Part shown: positions 34,092 to 47,436 of the stretch, one piece after another
How positions within the stretch are numbered: position 1 is the stretch's first letter
How the letters are laid out: each line of letters starts with the position of its first letter
DNA from: Utricularia gibba
Lineage: Eukaryota; Plantae; Magnoliophyta
Assembly (NCBI GenBank): GCA_002189035.1
Contig: NEEC01000010.1
Location: 2,480,001-2,544,000 of the forward strand
Length of the DNA stretch: 64,000 nt
Direction of reading: 5' to 3'
The notes under the pieces: generated by a model
The model's input: the letters and a program-made list of their open reading frames with translations, nothing else
Databases searched by the model: none
Told to the model about the DNA's origin: nothing
Program-made: the position numbers and the translations under genes

Positions 34092-37000
34092 ATGGAGATC
34101 GTTCCACAAATTTCACAGGAGTGTATTCCCCAAGATAAGGTTTCACCAGACTCCGGGCTTTTGTCTAACTCCAAGATTTCAGAAAATAGGCCTGAGGAAT
34201 CTAGTTTGTTGTCAACACCACAGGGCCATGTTTCTACTCGTATTCAGGGTAATTTTAGGCATTTCTAACTTTGTAATGTGTATTCTTACTATTTTTTGTA
34301 GGTCTATTTTCTTGGTTAAGGAAAAGGTTTTATCTTGCTATTTTGTGTTTTTGCTAGCTAAAAAACAAACTAGACAATGGGCTGCTTGGACACGCCAGGA
34401 GGAAGAAAGTTTTTTTTCTGCTCTCCGGCAAGTTGGCAAGGCAAGGACATTTCCCATTTTGCACCACCAACATAAAAGTAATGAAACCAAACATTGATGC
34501 TGAATCCTATGTTTGAGCAGAACTTTGAAAAAATCACTAGCCGTGTCCAGAGCAAGAACAAGGACCAGGTTTTTTTTTGGGGGAAATGCATATCAAATTC
34601 TAGTCCAGAAATATTTCTTTATAATACAACTGTTTCTTCATTTTGTGTCATGATTCAGGTCAGGCATTACTACTACAGGCTTGTAAGGCGAATGAACAAG
34701 TTACTGGGCCCGGAGCTTTCTCTTGATGCCAAAAACTCAAAGGACACAAATGCTGCAATGCTTCGATGGTATCTAATTCGCATTCACTTTTTCTTTTTTT
34801 CTTTTTTTTTTTTTGCAATGTTTTGATGCTTGCATTTTTGTGAATTTTCTGCTACAAATATGTCAAAGATGTGTGGATGGATATATTGTATAAACCTGTG
34901 GCAAGACCAAAAAACCAGACAATGTTTTTTTCTTTATATCAGGTTATTATTTAATGTAAAGAAATTTGTTGCCATGTAGTCAGACCTTATAATATAACCA
35001 TCAGTTGTGGCACCTATGTTCTTCTAGTTAGTGTTTCTGCCTATCTTGCCTTCTACATATGACTTTTTATCCGCTTTTTATTAATGCAAATGGCTAATGA
35101 ACCCATCACGTAATTAGATAATTATAGATTTATTTTTAGAGTTATAACTCGCTTTGATATTCAATGATGTTTGCAGGTGGTCTTTGCTGGAGAAGTATAG
35201 TTGTAAAGCCTCTAAACTTCACTTAAAACCCCGGAGGTTTAAGATATTTGTAGAGACTCTGGTTAGTTGCAACTTAATGAACTTAACCACTTCTTGCTGA
35301 ATAAGATACATATGGACTTGCATTGTATATATATACTTTTTTCCCAATGAAGGAGAACCAGCTCTTGAGAGATCGGAAAAAGAGCATAAAAAGAAGGCTT
35401 CCAACAGGAGAAAATGATTCCTCTTCCCCGGATCACATTAGGTCCATAAGCCATGAAAACCGAGCAGTAAAAATGCTCCTCGTTGATAGCCAAAACATTC
35501 AAAAGGTTGGTTCTGGGAAAGGAGCACTGTTAAGACGCCCTGTATCTATTGGAGCTGGGCGAACAAACTACAAACCAGAAACAGCTACTGTGAGAACGTC
35601 AAATCATCGGCACAAAACAGGTAATCTTGATCATGTTTATTGTCATTCCAGCCAATTTGTTTTGCTTGTTCCCACGGTTCCTGATCTTGGTACATTAGGA
35701 TTACTGTCATCAATTTTGCTCGAATATTCATTTTGTCGGCATACATGTGTCTATCATCTTCAGCTGCATATAAAAGATGGGAGAAGGCTGCAATTGCTGG
35801 GGTTTCATTGGTTGCAGATGCAGCTGAACACTTGGAACGTGTGACTGTGGACACTGATAAAGACTTTGAAAATTTCAGCGAAGCATTTGGTAGGCATTTT
35901 AGAAGTTCGTTTTATACCAAAGAGGTGATGTGTGAGGAGGTATTATAGCATCGGCAATTTATCCTTTGATGAATTCAGGTCTTGATGTTCCTCAACTTGC
36001 TGGGGAAGTGGGCCGTGCTTCATCATCTCCTCCTGAGAACATGTTGAAAGAGAACAGTATGTGTAACCACGCCAAGATTAAACTCCAGTTGTTCCCTCTT
36101 GATGAATCTACTCGAAGAGTCTTGGAAAAGGTAGCTTCAAAAAAAAAAAAAAAAGCTGATGCCTCAGCTGATCTTCATTATTGTGTGGATGCTTTGGATG
36201 ATATTGCGCTGCATACAACATTATCTAAGGCTGTACAATTATTTTTTTGCTTTGCAGGAGAATCACAATCCACACTTGGAACTCACACTGAGTACGAAGA
36301 AGAAAATGTCATCTGTGCTGGACCATTTAAACCACAAATGGAGGAACTCGTGCTCTTCTGTGAAAGAGTTGGTTCTTTTTCCTTTTTGGGCACAGGGAGA
36401 GAATCTCATGGGGTATCAGAGGTGGACTAAAAACTCTCCTCTTTGTGCTGGGGATGTTTATTTTTTAATCGGAAGCCCTCCTGTTTTCCGCCTCAGGTTA
36501 AAATTCCATACTCTTTTTTTCCCCTATTTATAAGCAGGTGGATTATGACTTACGTCATTTTGTTGTTTGTTTTAGATATGGATGGTTTTCAAGAGATGAC
36601 ATCGTATTTGCCCCTTGTCAACCGGTGCCCCATACCAAAATTGGTGAGAACAGTTTGACTGTTAGCATGCAAAATGAGCAGAATACTGAAACTTTGGGTC
36701 CAGTGGGTTTGTGTAATAACCAGCTTGTTGCATCAAAACAAGATATTAATACCGTTCCCTTAGCTACTTCAGTGCCATGTAAAGTAGTTGATCGTAGTCC
36801 ACTTGTCTCTGTCACCAACTCTCCTGGATGCAATGCTGGAACTGAACTTCCATTACCAGAGAACGATGATAAAGTTGTCATACCCACTGATCGACAGGTT
36901 GAAAATATGGTAAGTGTTACCCTTTTGTCAATCGATCTGTCGTTACCAGTTCTAATTATCAAGATTCTTTTATGAAGGGTATGGAGTTGTCTGCTGGTGA

Positions 37001-37827
37001 GTGGGCTGATAGTTTGACCAACATAAGTATGGGGGACTTGCTCTCTGACATCGAGCGCCCTGGTTACCCAATTCCAGCTGTTTCAAATAGCATTTTGCAA
37101 ATGCCCTTTAGTTGCGACTCTTTTGATGCTGCTATTGCTGCTCACATTTACAAACATCAGAATAGAACTGGAGAACATGTATCCCATGGGGCAGCTATCT
37201 GGGAAGCTGAAGACACGTGTGATGGCTTTGGTTTCCAAAAGGCAGTTCCTCTCAGTATTAAAGAGAAGACTGCATCTCCCTCTTCAAAACTTGGGGTTTC
37301 TAGATTTTTCACTCCTGAAAGTTCTCCAGCATCTCATGACGATGAAATCAAGGTTTGACTAGATATATGCGTTATACACATCACCTGCACCATTGCTTTG
37401 TACAAAAAAATCACTGTGGATACCTCTTGTAACAGGAATCCCCTGACGCATACAAGGAAGCAGACATGGATGATGTTTGTATGACCGGCTCCAGCCCTGA
37501 TCATGATCATCAGTTGGGTGAACCCAGCAAAGACGCTTGTGGACTCACTGATATGTATTGGGTAAGTCTGCCCTTCGCTTCCATCTTTTACACATGTGAA
37601 GTACAGGGCAGGATACTGAGTTTGGTGTTTCACTGATGCAGCCGGACTCTTTGGGACCTCTAGATCTGGACATACCATCATCATGTAGATATAGCACAGA
37701 CCTGATCCTGAGCGATAGCCTCTCGGGGTTCAGCCGGTTGTTAGCCAACAGTTTAGATGGCTTTCAAGTTGCAGCTGAGCCTCAAAATCCGGAGCGAGAT
37801 ATGAACCTGTGTTGTTCGGAGCTGTAA
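34092..37827 (+). CDS. TKI1: TSL-kinase interacting protein 1 (SANT/Myb domain), multi-exon
   Basis: TRQWAAWTRQEEESFFSALRQVGK|NFEKITSRVQSKNKDQ|VRHYYYRLVRRMNKLL, AYKRWEKAAIAGVSLVADAAEHLER, KIKLQLFP, NPHLELTL, GEWADSLTNISMGDLL, PDSLGPLDLDIPS. Start ATG 34092 is inferred. Confidence 0.93.
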
Positions 37828-38147
37828 AAGGTATTGCGCCATTCATCAAGAAGCACGCAGTATCCAATGTACTTCACCACACATACTAACCAGATTGGAG
37901 AGGTGTATGTAGTCTCTGAAATGTGAATATAATGATATCTGATCGAGTTCGTGTTGTCCGAGAAATAGTGTAACAGACAAGGTACTTAATTCGAAAGTGC
38001 CTTTGCTTTTCCTTTTCTGGTTGTCTTCAACCCCATTTGAGTATCAGATGCATGAACACGTTCGTGTTTTTATTACATGAAGTCGCTAAATTCACATACC
38101 ACAACCAAAATGGGGGGATTTCACTCTGGATTGGCATCTTCTTTACT

Positions 38148-39123
38148 TCACTTTCCTAATCTTGACACCATGTTCTCTGTTTTCTGCTCCATGGAAACGA
38201 AAAGGAAGATTGAACACAAACAGTATGGCAGTCTTTTTAAGGTGAAACTAAGATGGAAACTCACATGCTCAGTGTGTGCCAGGTACTTCCCATCGAACGT
38301 CACAACAACACGCTGGTTTCCATCCACACCCTTCACTTTGTCAACAGAGCAGTAGAAGTCTACGGTGGACATTCTACAGACTCATCAAATTAGGGAAGAA
38401 ACAGATGGATATCAAACAATGGCGAACCAGAATGAATGAGAAAAATGTAGATACATCAAAAAGAAAGTGTATGAACTCAAAAAAAGATGGGAAGCAAGAG
38501 GCATACATGCCATCACCAAATTCTTCATTAACAATTTCCTTGATGCTCTCCCCAAAATGCATAATCGCTTCATTCAATCTGCGGCCAACAGAAAAAGAGA
38601 TTCAGGAGTTTCATAACCAGAGCAGAATCGATAAGAGCACATGATCACAAATGTAAACTATGTGTGGAGTAGGCTAAAACAGGATTATCATGGGCCATTT
38701 TGTCAAAAGCAAGTCTTTGGCAGAATTTTTGACACCACGGTTAGAATCAGAATACGTTATCTCCATATTTGAGTGCACACATCACTGACGTAATTCCATA
38801 AAAAGCAATCAGTGACGAACAGAGGATCGAGCAAGTAATAACCTGTATACCGTAGGATCCTGAATTATCTGCGGATTGTAGGAACGTAAAGGGGGCAATA
38901 ACATCTCATCGATGAGTTCATCGGTGAGATCCGGCAGTGAAGCCCGGAGCAGGGGGACGGTTGAGGGCTTGAGTTGCGCTTGGCGCTTGAGGAGCTGGGC
39001 CACGTAAACATTCGTCAATCCCGTCTCCGCAGCTATCTCCCCATAAGTCTTGCAAGATTTTGCCTTCACGGATTGAAGCCGCGCCACAGTCTCAGCTTTC
39101 GTGCTCGCCATTTCTGTGTCCAT
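38148..39123 (-). CDS. CYN: Cyanate hydratase (cyanase); 4 exons (39123-38843, 38578-38507, 38373-38265, 38183-38148)
   Basis: [23 protein letters not shown]|[24 protein letters not shown]|[25 protein letters not shown]. Confidence 0.96.
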
Positions 39124-39163
39124 CTCCCATCTCGAATGTATCAAAAAAAGTACACAGCCTCCA

Positions 39164-39267
39164 GGCCCATTCCCTAATTGCACAATGGGCCCAATTCATC
39201 GACCTTGTCAGCTCATCAATCCTTTGGATTGGGCATTCAGGCCCATAGAGTACTAATAAATGGCCCA
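39164..39267 (-). promoter_or_regulatory. Site II element cluster upstream of CYN
   Basis: GGCCCA at 39164, 39240 and 39262; TGGGCC at 39186. Confidence 0.55.
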
Positions 39268-40142
39268 TATGCCAATTGGTTTGCATAGAATGTCTCCTTG
39301 CCATCTCTCATCACATCTTTGTTTCGAAAAAAAATTTGTATTGAGCATTCGTCAATTCAAAGAGAATGTTTACTGGTTAGCATGGTTAAAAATGATATTA
39401 TTAAAATGATATTTTAAAATCTTTTTCTACATTCAATTTTTACTAGTTTTTTTATAATATTAAGATTTATTATAATTAAAATCTTATTTACAACACAAGC
39501 GGACAAATTTTGTATTTAAATATTTGGATGTGATGAGGTGAGCCACTTCAGTCCCCGCAAAACAAGGGAGAAAGCAGCTTTGCACGTGGCACCTTGACCA
39601 TGACTGCAGTCTAAAGCAATGTCAAATTCCCACTTTTCAAATATTTTACATATTATATTTTATATACAATAAGGATAATCATTTTTCAAATATCACTCGT
39701 TAAAGTTGCCATCTTCCAAGTTTCAATGCCACTTGAAGTGATACTCAAATCAAATCGATGTGTTAATAATATAATAAAGTTATTTGAACAAATAATTTCA
39801 TATCATGATTGAAAATTAAAATAATCAAATATATAACAAAATCTAAATTGTCTAATTTTTTTATCACGTGTATTTACTGGTCTCATGAATTCTAAATTTC
39901 AACACTCATCTTTGTCCTAAACCTACATCTACTTCTTACAAAATCGGTCTCCGGTGAGTCTGTCTGCATCTTCTTTATGAACTTGTAGGAAAAAGGTATG
40001 TAGTGTTGTACTAACCAAGTTATTGTTCCAATAGCATCTGTGCAGCAACAATGAATCAGGCCTGGTGTTTGTTTTTTTTTCATAGGAATTGGAATTGACT
40101 CACAGTTTGGGGTGTTGTTTCTGGAGAGTGGTCGGTTCCATC

Positions 40143-40319
40143 TCAGTCCCTGGACTCGTTCTTCTCCTTCCAGCAGACGAGCATCGCGATGCAGCGGCGG
40201 ACGATGTAGAATTTCGTCCTCTGCTTCTTCGCCAACTCGCTGCATTTCTCCCCGAAGGATCGCCCTCCTCCGCCGCCGCCGCCGGAAGGATTCTCCCTTT
40301 GCCTTTCTCCTCTCTCCAT
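40143..40319 (-). CDS. DVL: DEVIL/ROTUNDIFOLIA-like (RTFL) small peptide, 58 aa
   Basis: KCSELAKKQRTKFYIVRRCIAMLVCWKE is the RTF domain consensus (K.QR.R.YI.RRC..ML.CW). Confidence 0.92.
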   Translation of the reverse strand: MERGERQRENPSGGGGGGGRSFGEKCSELAKKQRTKFYIVRRCIAMLVCWKEKNESRD

Positions 40320-42499
40320 GGCTGTGAAACAGGGTAGTGTACTGCGGAGAGGCAATGAGTGCAGGTGTGTGCGGTTTTATGAAGAGAGAAGGCGACGAGG
40401 ATTGAGACAAAAGGTGAATGAGTAAGGGCACCCAACTTTTCTTTTTGTTTTCGTGTCCTTTTCTGGCTTCTCGACTCACACCTTATTCAAATCTAACATC
40501 ACATGAATCGAATCAGATATTTACAATGATAGTATTTAATAAAGATTTAGACCATATTATGTTAAATTAATATTTATTTAAAATATAAATCACATTCAAT
40601 CATAATTGATTGTGATTTACAATTAATTCTTTTGAATTATAAATTCACATTTTTTTGAATTCTGATTACTTAAAACATTTGAATGAATTATTGCAATGAT
40701 GAACTGAACTCGTCATTGCAAGGATTCATCAAATCACGTAAAAAACTTGATGAGTCGAAATAAAAAATACAATTCATCCAGTCATAAGTCAATGAGTTGA
40801 ATAACTTCGACTCATAGATCTTGTTTGATTGATGTGTTTTAAGTATTAGTGGGTTTAGATTATTTGGATTTAGTTAAATCCAAATATGTGAATATAAAAA
40901 TATCCAACCTTATACCATCATATCAAACAAGCCCATAGAGTTAATCTGGACTAAATATTTAAAGTGCAAGCACCATGTGTGCTTCAATTGGTGTTTATCA
41001 TAACTTTAGAATGAAAACATAGTCACAACTCACATAACATAGTGTTTGTGTTAAATGATATTTGTCATATATTCTATATATTAAAAACATACAAGTTAAT
41101 ATATATCAAACTTGAATAAAAAATATTTAACTAAACTCATACTCGTATATATCCATAACTTACTTGAGTCAACTCGTATTCATGCCTAATACTAGGCTGA
41201 AGGTGAAGTATTTCACTTGGGTATCCAATACCACATTAATTTGTGTATTATTTTGGTATTGGATAATATTATTAAACTATTTACATCAAATTAAACTTTT
41301 TATACTCTATGCAACTTCATCAAATCAGATCAAATTTTAGGGTCCATTAAACAAAATTATTATAAAATATTAGCCTTTTTACATCAATGTTATCCTGCCA
41401 ACACAAACCCATCCTTAATTCAACAGTTTCATTTGCCACCCCCATCCATGAATAGCTGTACATTGGAGAAATCGTTCTTTTAAAAAATATAATATAATAA
41501 TCATTATAACTTGGGTAATTTGGGAAATTAATCATATTGAGATTCTGATATTACAAAATGGTCCCTATTGTTAAAAAATTGACATCTCAGAAATAATTGT
41601 GCAGGATGAAATTTCCGAAAGCGGTATCCAAGGAGCCCTTTTCTTAGGTTACTTATTCCGGACAATTCTTGGCGATGTCGGCCATAAGTGATACGTTGAC
41701 TGAAAAGCACGTTCCTTACTAAATCTGGGCTTTCCTGGGGCCCACTGTCTCCTTCTAGCCCAACTTTTTTTATTGTGTGTTTTTATGTTATTAAAATAAA
41801 TATGGGTTATGATATGATAAAATAAATAGTTAAATTAAATGGTTTTTGTGAAAAATTTTTGTTATACCATTAAAATTCTCAAATGACTAATGCCATGTAA
41901 TCTCCAAAAATATCATATTATTAAAATGATTTATATGTTGATTTGTGTTTTTTTTTCAAGAAAAATATCTAGTACAAATTAATATATTTATTCTATTTAT
42001 TTTATTTTGATATTTCCTCCACAATTGTGAAATTCACTTATATTACATATTCATCACATCTGATAGAAATGTATTATAATTACAGATAATTGTTGTAAAA
42101 TGATTTTTTTATTCAGTATTATTGAGTTATACTTCAAATAAATTTTACTTTTAAATAATTACATAAAAATTATGCAATTAATATTTTTTTAAAATAATAT
42201 CTGATTATCTGAACTCTTGAAATTGTCCACAAATTGTGAGATTTAAAAATTATGAAATTAATATTTTAATCCAACTTGTATTGGCGTTACGTGAACGCGA
42301 TTAGTTAGCCACTGATGTACTTGCGTTGGTCATCTCCGCCGCTAGTCTATAGCTGCGGGAACCTTTATTTCGCCGTGGACCTTATCGACGGCAGATTTTT
42401 TTTTTTTTCGGGATACCCGTTTCGTGGAAAGCGGAGAAAAGCGTCTAACCGGGTGATTGATGAAACAGGGGGGCTTGAGTTTTTCCGGTGATCGGAGAA

Positions 42500-45207
42500 A
42501 TGGGTTATCTTGATAGTATTCTGCAAGTCTTGGGGTTCGGAATAGGGATTCAGATTGGTATTATTTTGGGATTTCTCTTTTTCATTCGTTTCCGGTTGAG
42601 AGATGTGGATAAGGTTGGTTTGCTGGATATCCGAGCTCTCCGTGGGGATTTCGGTCCTGCATGGATTTTTTCGTTGTTCGGATTCTTGTTTGTTGGTGAA
42701 ATGTTCATTTGTAATCGAGGTGTCTTTTTTGTGTCATCTTGCAATATGAAGTGTTCGTGATTACAATATTGTAGGAACCCAATAAGAAGGCATTGGAGAA
42801 GCTTGACTCAAGGCGCATAGTTGATATCATCCATGAGCTTCCTCCCTGGGTGATGAGTCCAGACTATGAAAGGGTGCGATTTTTCGAAAAATCTACTCTT
42901 GGGATAATCTTATGTGAGAATTTCAGCTCTGCAATGATTTATGTGTGGTTTTCCTCTGGGATATGCAGGTTGATTGGTTGAACAAATATGTTGAGGATTT
43001 GTGGCCATTCTTTGATAAGGTCATAGTATCAGCGAATTGCTTGTTGAGGTTCGTATTCATCTGATCGTAACACTACTCTTTGTCTAATGCTCTCAGGCGG
43101 CGAGCAAGATTGTTAGAGAGTCTTTGGAACCTACATTTGCTGAATATGTTGGAAAATATAAGATAAGGTCCATTGATATGAAGAGGTTCACTCTTGGATC
43201 GTTCCCTCCTAAAGTTCATGGTGAGCTAGGACGCAATTTTCACAACTAGTTTACTGATCTTGGGCCTCAAAATGTTTCATGTTCTTGATTTTTTTATTCA
43301 GGGCTGAAAGCTCAAGAATCCAAAGAGAACGAACTAGTTGTTGATCTAGCTTTTAGGTGGGCTGGGAATTCAGATATTGTTGTGGAAATCGATATTCTAT
43401 CTCTAAAACTCCAAGTCCAGGTTGAGTTCAGCTTCTTTGACTTTACATTTTGGCACAAACATAATCCTGCATCAGCAAAGTATATTTGATCTAGTGTTTT
43501 CCTTCTGGATTCCAGATAGTCGACATCCAAATGTCAGCTTCGATGAGGGTTGTCTTGAAACCATTCGTACCCACATTCCCCTGTTTTTCTTGCCTTGCAG
43601 CTTCTTTGCTGGAGAAGGTAAGAGGCTGTGGTTCCCTCTTCAGTTTCCATAGCCATTTTTTTTTGTTTCCAAACTCTCAAGAAGATGAGAGCCTTCGCTC
43701 TGGCAGCCGGAAATAGACTTTGGACTAAACCTTCTTGGTGCTGACGTTATGTCCATACCAGGTCTTTACCATCTTGCTCAGGTATGCAAATGAAACACCT
43801 CTGCAAATACACTCTGGCTGTGTTACGAGCTTCCACTTGTGTTGCAGGAGATCATCCAAAGACAAGTGATTAAGCTCTATCACTGGCCTCAATCCTTTGA
43901 TGTAAATATCCTGGATGATACAACGTAAGTTGTTGGAGTTTTATTAACTTGAGCGTCTCATGTTGACAGAAAAAGTGTGTCCTGTACAGGGAAATCACCT
44001 TAAAATAAGTTGGCCTCAGTCTGTAGTTGCTTTTTTCAACTGAAATTTTTAAGGCAAGTTACCAACGCAATTTCTATTTGACAGAGGAGCCATGAGGAAG
44101 CCAGTGGGAATATTGAATGTGAAGATTGTTAGAGCACGGAATCTCTTGAACATGGATTTCTTAAGTACATCGGATCCGTATGTTAAACTCAGCATAACTG
44201 GAGATCGTCTTCTTGCAAAGAAAACTACTGTAAAGATGAACAATCTGAACCCAGAATGGAACGAGGATTTTAAGCTGATTGTTAAGCAGCCCGAGTCCCA
44301 AGTTCTTCAACTGCAACTCTATGACTGGGAGAAGGTATACAATCACTCCACACTATACAAAGTTTTTGTCAATTTGTTGCATCAATTTTCAAGGCCTCCT
44401 TTTGTAGGTTGGGGCTCATGACTACCTTGGTATGCAAGTTGCTCCTCTGAGTTCACTCACTCCATATGTGAAGAAAGAGCTGACACTTGATCTGGTGAAC
44501 AGTTTGGATCCAGATGATCGTCAAAACAGGAAGCGCCGCGGACAGATCACGTTTGAGCTTACCTTCGTCCCCTTTATGGAAGACAGCAAGAAGTTCAGTT
44601 CAAAGTCGTTGAATCCCTCAGAAAACGACAACGATGTCTCCCCGGAGACAAACGAAACATCATCACTATCCGGGTCAGGTCTGCTTCAAGTCACCGTCGT
44701 AGAAGCGGAAAACGTTGAAGGCAAGTGGAATCACAGCAACCCGTATGCAGTAGTTCTCTTCCGGGGAGACAGGAAGAAAACCAAGGTAATTCAGCGACCT
44801 CAAATCCTTCTGCTGTGGTGTATATTCATTTTCTCCATTTGTATGCCACTGCATTGCAGACGATAAAGCGATGCCGGAACCCGCACTGGAACGAGGAGTT
44901 CCAGTTCTTGCAAGACGAGCCTCCTGTCAAGGATCAGATTCACATACAGGTCTTGAGCAAGAAGAGGAGGATGGGTTCACGACCAAGGTAACTATTTTTC
45001 GAAGAAGCAAAGCAACAAGATCATCTGCTCTGGAAGACGAGCATTCACCCTTCAGACACACACTGCCTTCTGATGCAGGAATCACTGGGGTATGTCGACA
45101 TCAACCTGGGAGACGTAGTGTACAACGGGCACATCAATGAGAAGTTTCATCTCATAGATTCAAGCGCTGGAACCATACACCTGGACTTGAGATGGAAAGT
45201 AACCTGA
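42500..45207 (+). CDS. SYT3: Synaptotagmin-3-like (N-terminal TM, SMP domain, two C2 domains); 12 exons, apparent frameshift at 44973-44975
   Basis: LPPWVMSPDYER|VDWLNK, FRWAGNSDI, FPCFS, KPVGILNVKIVRA..DFLSTSDPYVKL, NLNPEWNEDF, HSNPYAVV, RNPHWNEEFQF, ESLGYVDINL. Confidence 0.93.
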
Positions 45208-46142
45208 ATCCACATCTCCCTGTTTCTTGTGTTTTTTCTCAAACATTTCTCTTGTAAATGGTTTCTTTTTTTTTTTTTTTTTTTAAAAAAGGAAAACACA
45301 ATTATCTACTAGTGAGAAGGTGGCATGATTTTTGTTTTGAGTATAATTATATAAAAATAATAAGTATTTCTAAATTTCTATTTTTCAAAATACAAATAAT
45401 TAATATTTAATAATAAGATTATTTTTAAATTATTTTTTAAAAAAATAAATTATAAACACACTTCAAATTTTTTAAAAATAATTATTTTTTCTTAATTATA
45501 ATTGATATCTAATATTTGGTACGTAATATTTTGGCATAGAACTACCACCCTAACCTCAAGTTTAAGGTCTAGATCAATTGTCACATAATTCCGGTATAAT
45601 AATAATAATATGCGTCAAATTTCAATCCTTATCCACAAATGTCAATTTTATTATTAAAAAGAAAAATAAATACGAGAATTATCAAAGCCTAGAAAGTAGA
45701 AGTTTTCTTTTCTTCTCTTCTACCTAAAGAGTCAATACTCACTTCACACCTGTTTCGAGACATTCCTACAAAGATGAAAACTCATACTTGCAACTTATCT
45801 TGTAATAAGGAGTTTCTTTCTTATGTCTGAATAAATTATATAAATTCAAAAAAAAACATTGCTATATTTAAAAATATCAAGAAAAACCTTTTGAAACGTG
45901 AATTATCTCGAAGTGGAATGGTGGGGAAAATATTAATTTATTCGTTGCCTAAGTTTTATTTATTTATAAATAGCAATATTTTGTGATTAAAATTTCAAAA
46001 GTTGAATGCGTCAAATTTCCTAAAAATAGCAAATTTGACGACCATAAAAGTGACGACGCTGTTTGTGTTTTTCTTCTTCGTTTTCTTCTTCCTCGGTCTA
46101 TTTTAGAACTTTGTTGGTTTGTGGACGAAGCGTAAACTACGC

Positions 46143-47279
46143 ATGATGAGTATGAGAAATGAAGCTGAGAGATCAGATGTGGAGATCGAGGTGAAAGAGT
46201 CGAAGTTCAAGAGAATATGCGTCTTTTGCGGCAGCAGTGAGGGCAACAAAACCAGCTACCAAGAAGCCGCCGTTGAGCTCGGAAACGTTTTGGTATGTCG
46301 ATTTTCTTAGTATCCAAATCCCCCGGTGTTTTTTGCTTCTCTTGTGTTGGATCTTGTCGAAAATGGGTGTTTACAGAAGCCCCGTTCCCCTGTTTCTTTC
46401 TACGCAAATGTGGGCTTTTTTTACTGTTTATATCGCAGTAATTCCTGATGCGTTTAGGCGAAAATCTTCAGATTCTTGCCCAAACACTCATCAGCGGATG
46501 AAAGCTCTGATTTTGGGTTTTCTAAACAGGTCTCCCGAAACATTGATTTAGTGTACGGAGGAGGCAGCATCGGCCTCATGGGCCTGGTTTCTCAAGCTGT
46601 TCATGATGGGGGCGTCATGTTATTGGGTAAAATGCCTCTAATCACTCCTTCCCACTGAAATCAAACTGATATCTGTAGTAACTCACAGGGTGATTCCCAA
46701 GATGCTCATGTTCCAAGAGGTATACTTATAAGCGTCTTCTATTCACAATTGCGGGTGTATTTAAGCTCAGAAGTGAATCTGATTGCAGTTAACAGGAGTA
46801 ACAGTGGGAGAAGTGAAGGCTGTGGCAGATATGCACCAGAGGAAAGCAGAGATGGCTAAGCATTCCGATGCCTTCATCGCTCTGCCAGGTTTCCCCAAGC
46901 TCTCCCCCACACCTTGAACCCAAGCCGTCTGTAACACTGCCCGATTCTTGATTCCTGATCAGGCGGGTACGGGACTTTGGAGGAGCTGCTGGAAGTCATA
47001 ACATGGGCGCAGCTCGGAATACATGATAAGCCCGTAGGACTACTGAACGTGGATGGATACTACAACTCCTTTCTCTCCTTCATAGATAAAGCCGTCGAGG
47101 AAGGCTTCATCCGTCCCAACGCCCGCAGAATCATCGTCTCCGCTCCGACGGCCGGAGAACTTCTCCGGCAACTCGAGGTACCACATCTCCCATCTGTCTT
47201 CTGTACAAGATGGACACGATACGTCGCTCACGCTGTGCTGTGTTCCTTGTAGGAAGACATTCCTCACTACCTCAGCTGA
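46143..47279 (+). CDS. LOG: LONELY GUY cytokinin riboside 5'-monophosphate phosphoribohydrolase; 6 exons (46143-46292, 46530-46626, 46689-46719, 46789-46888, 46963-47177, 47253-47279), apparent frameshift at 46608-46612
   Basis: [66 protein letters not shown]. Confidence 0.95.
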
Positions 47280-47402
47280 GGTAGATGAAACAAGAAAGTA
47301 GACCCTAGGATTCAAAATAATCATTTTTTTTTCTTTCTTTTTTTTGTAGCCGAGGAAAACCATGTTGCGGGTCCAATTTTTGGAGCCTGTTGAATAATGA
47401 AG

Positions 47403-47436
47403 AAACCCTAAATCCTAAAAAACCCTAAACCCTAAA
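47403..47436. repeat. Short interstitial telomere-like (AAACCCT) cluster
   Basis: AAACCCTAAATCCTAAAAAACCCTAAACCCTAAA. Confidence 0.8.

Noticed and set aside
41600-41705. Possible C/D snoRNA (GGATGA...CTGA) near site II motifs
   Set aside because: Poor C box, no terminal stem, and no rRNA or snRNA complementarity I could identify.
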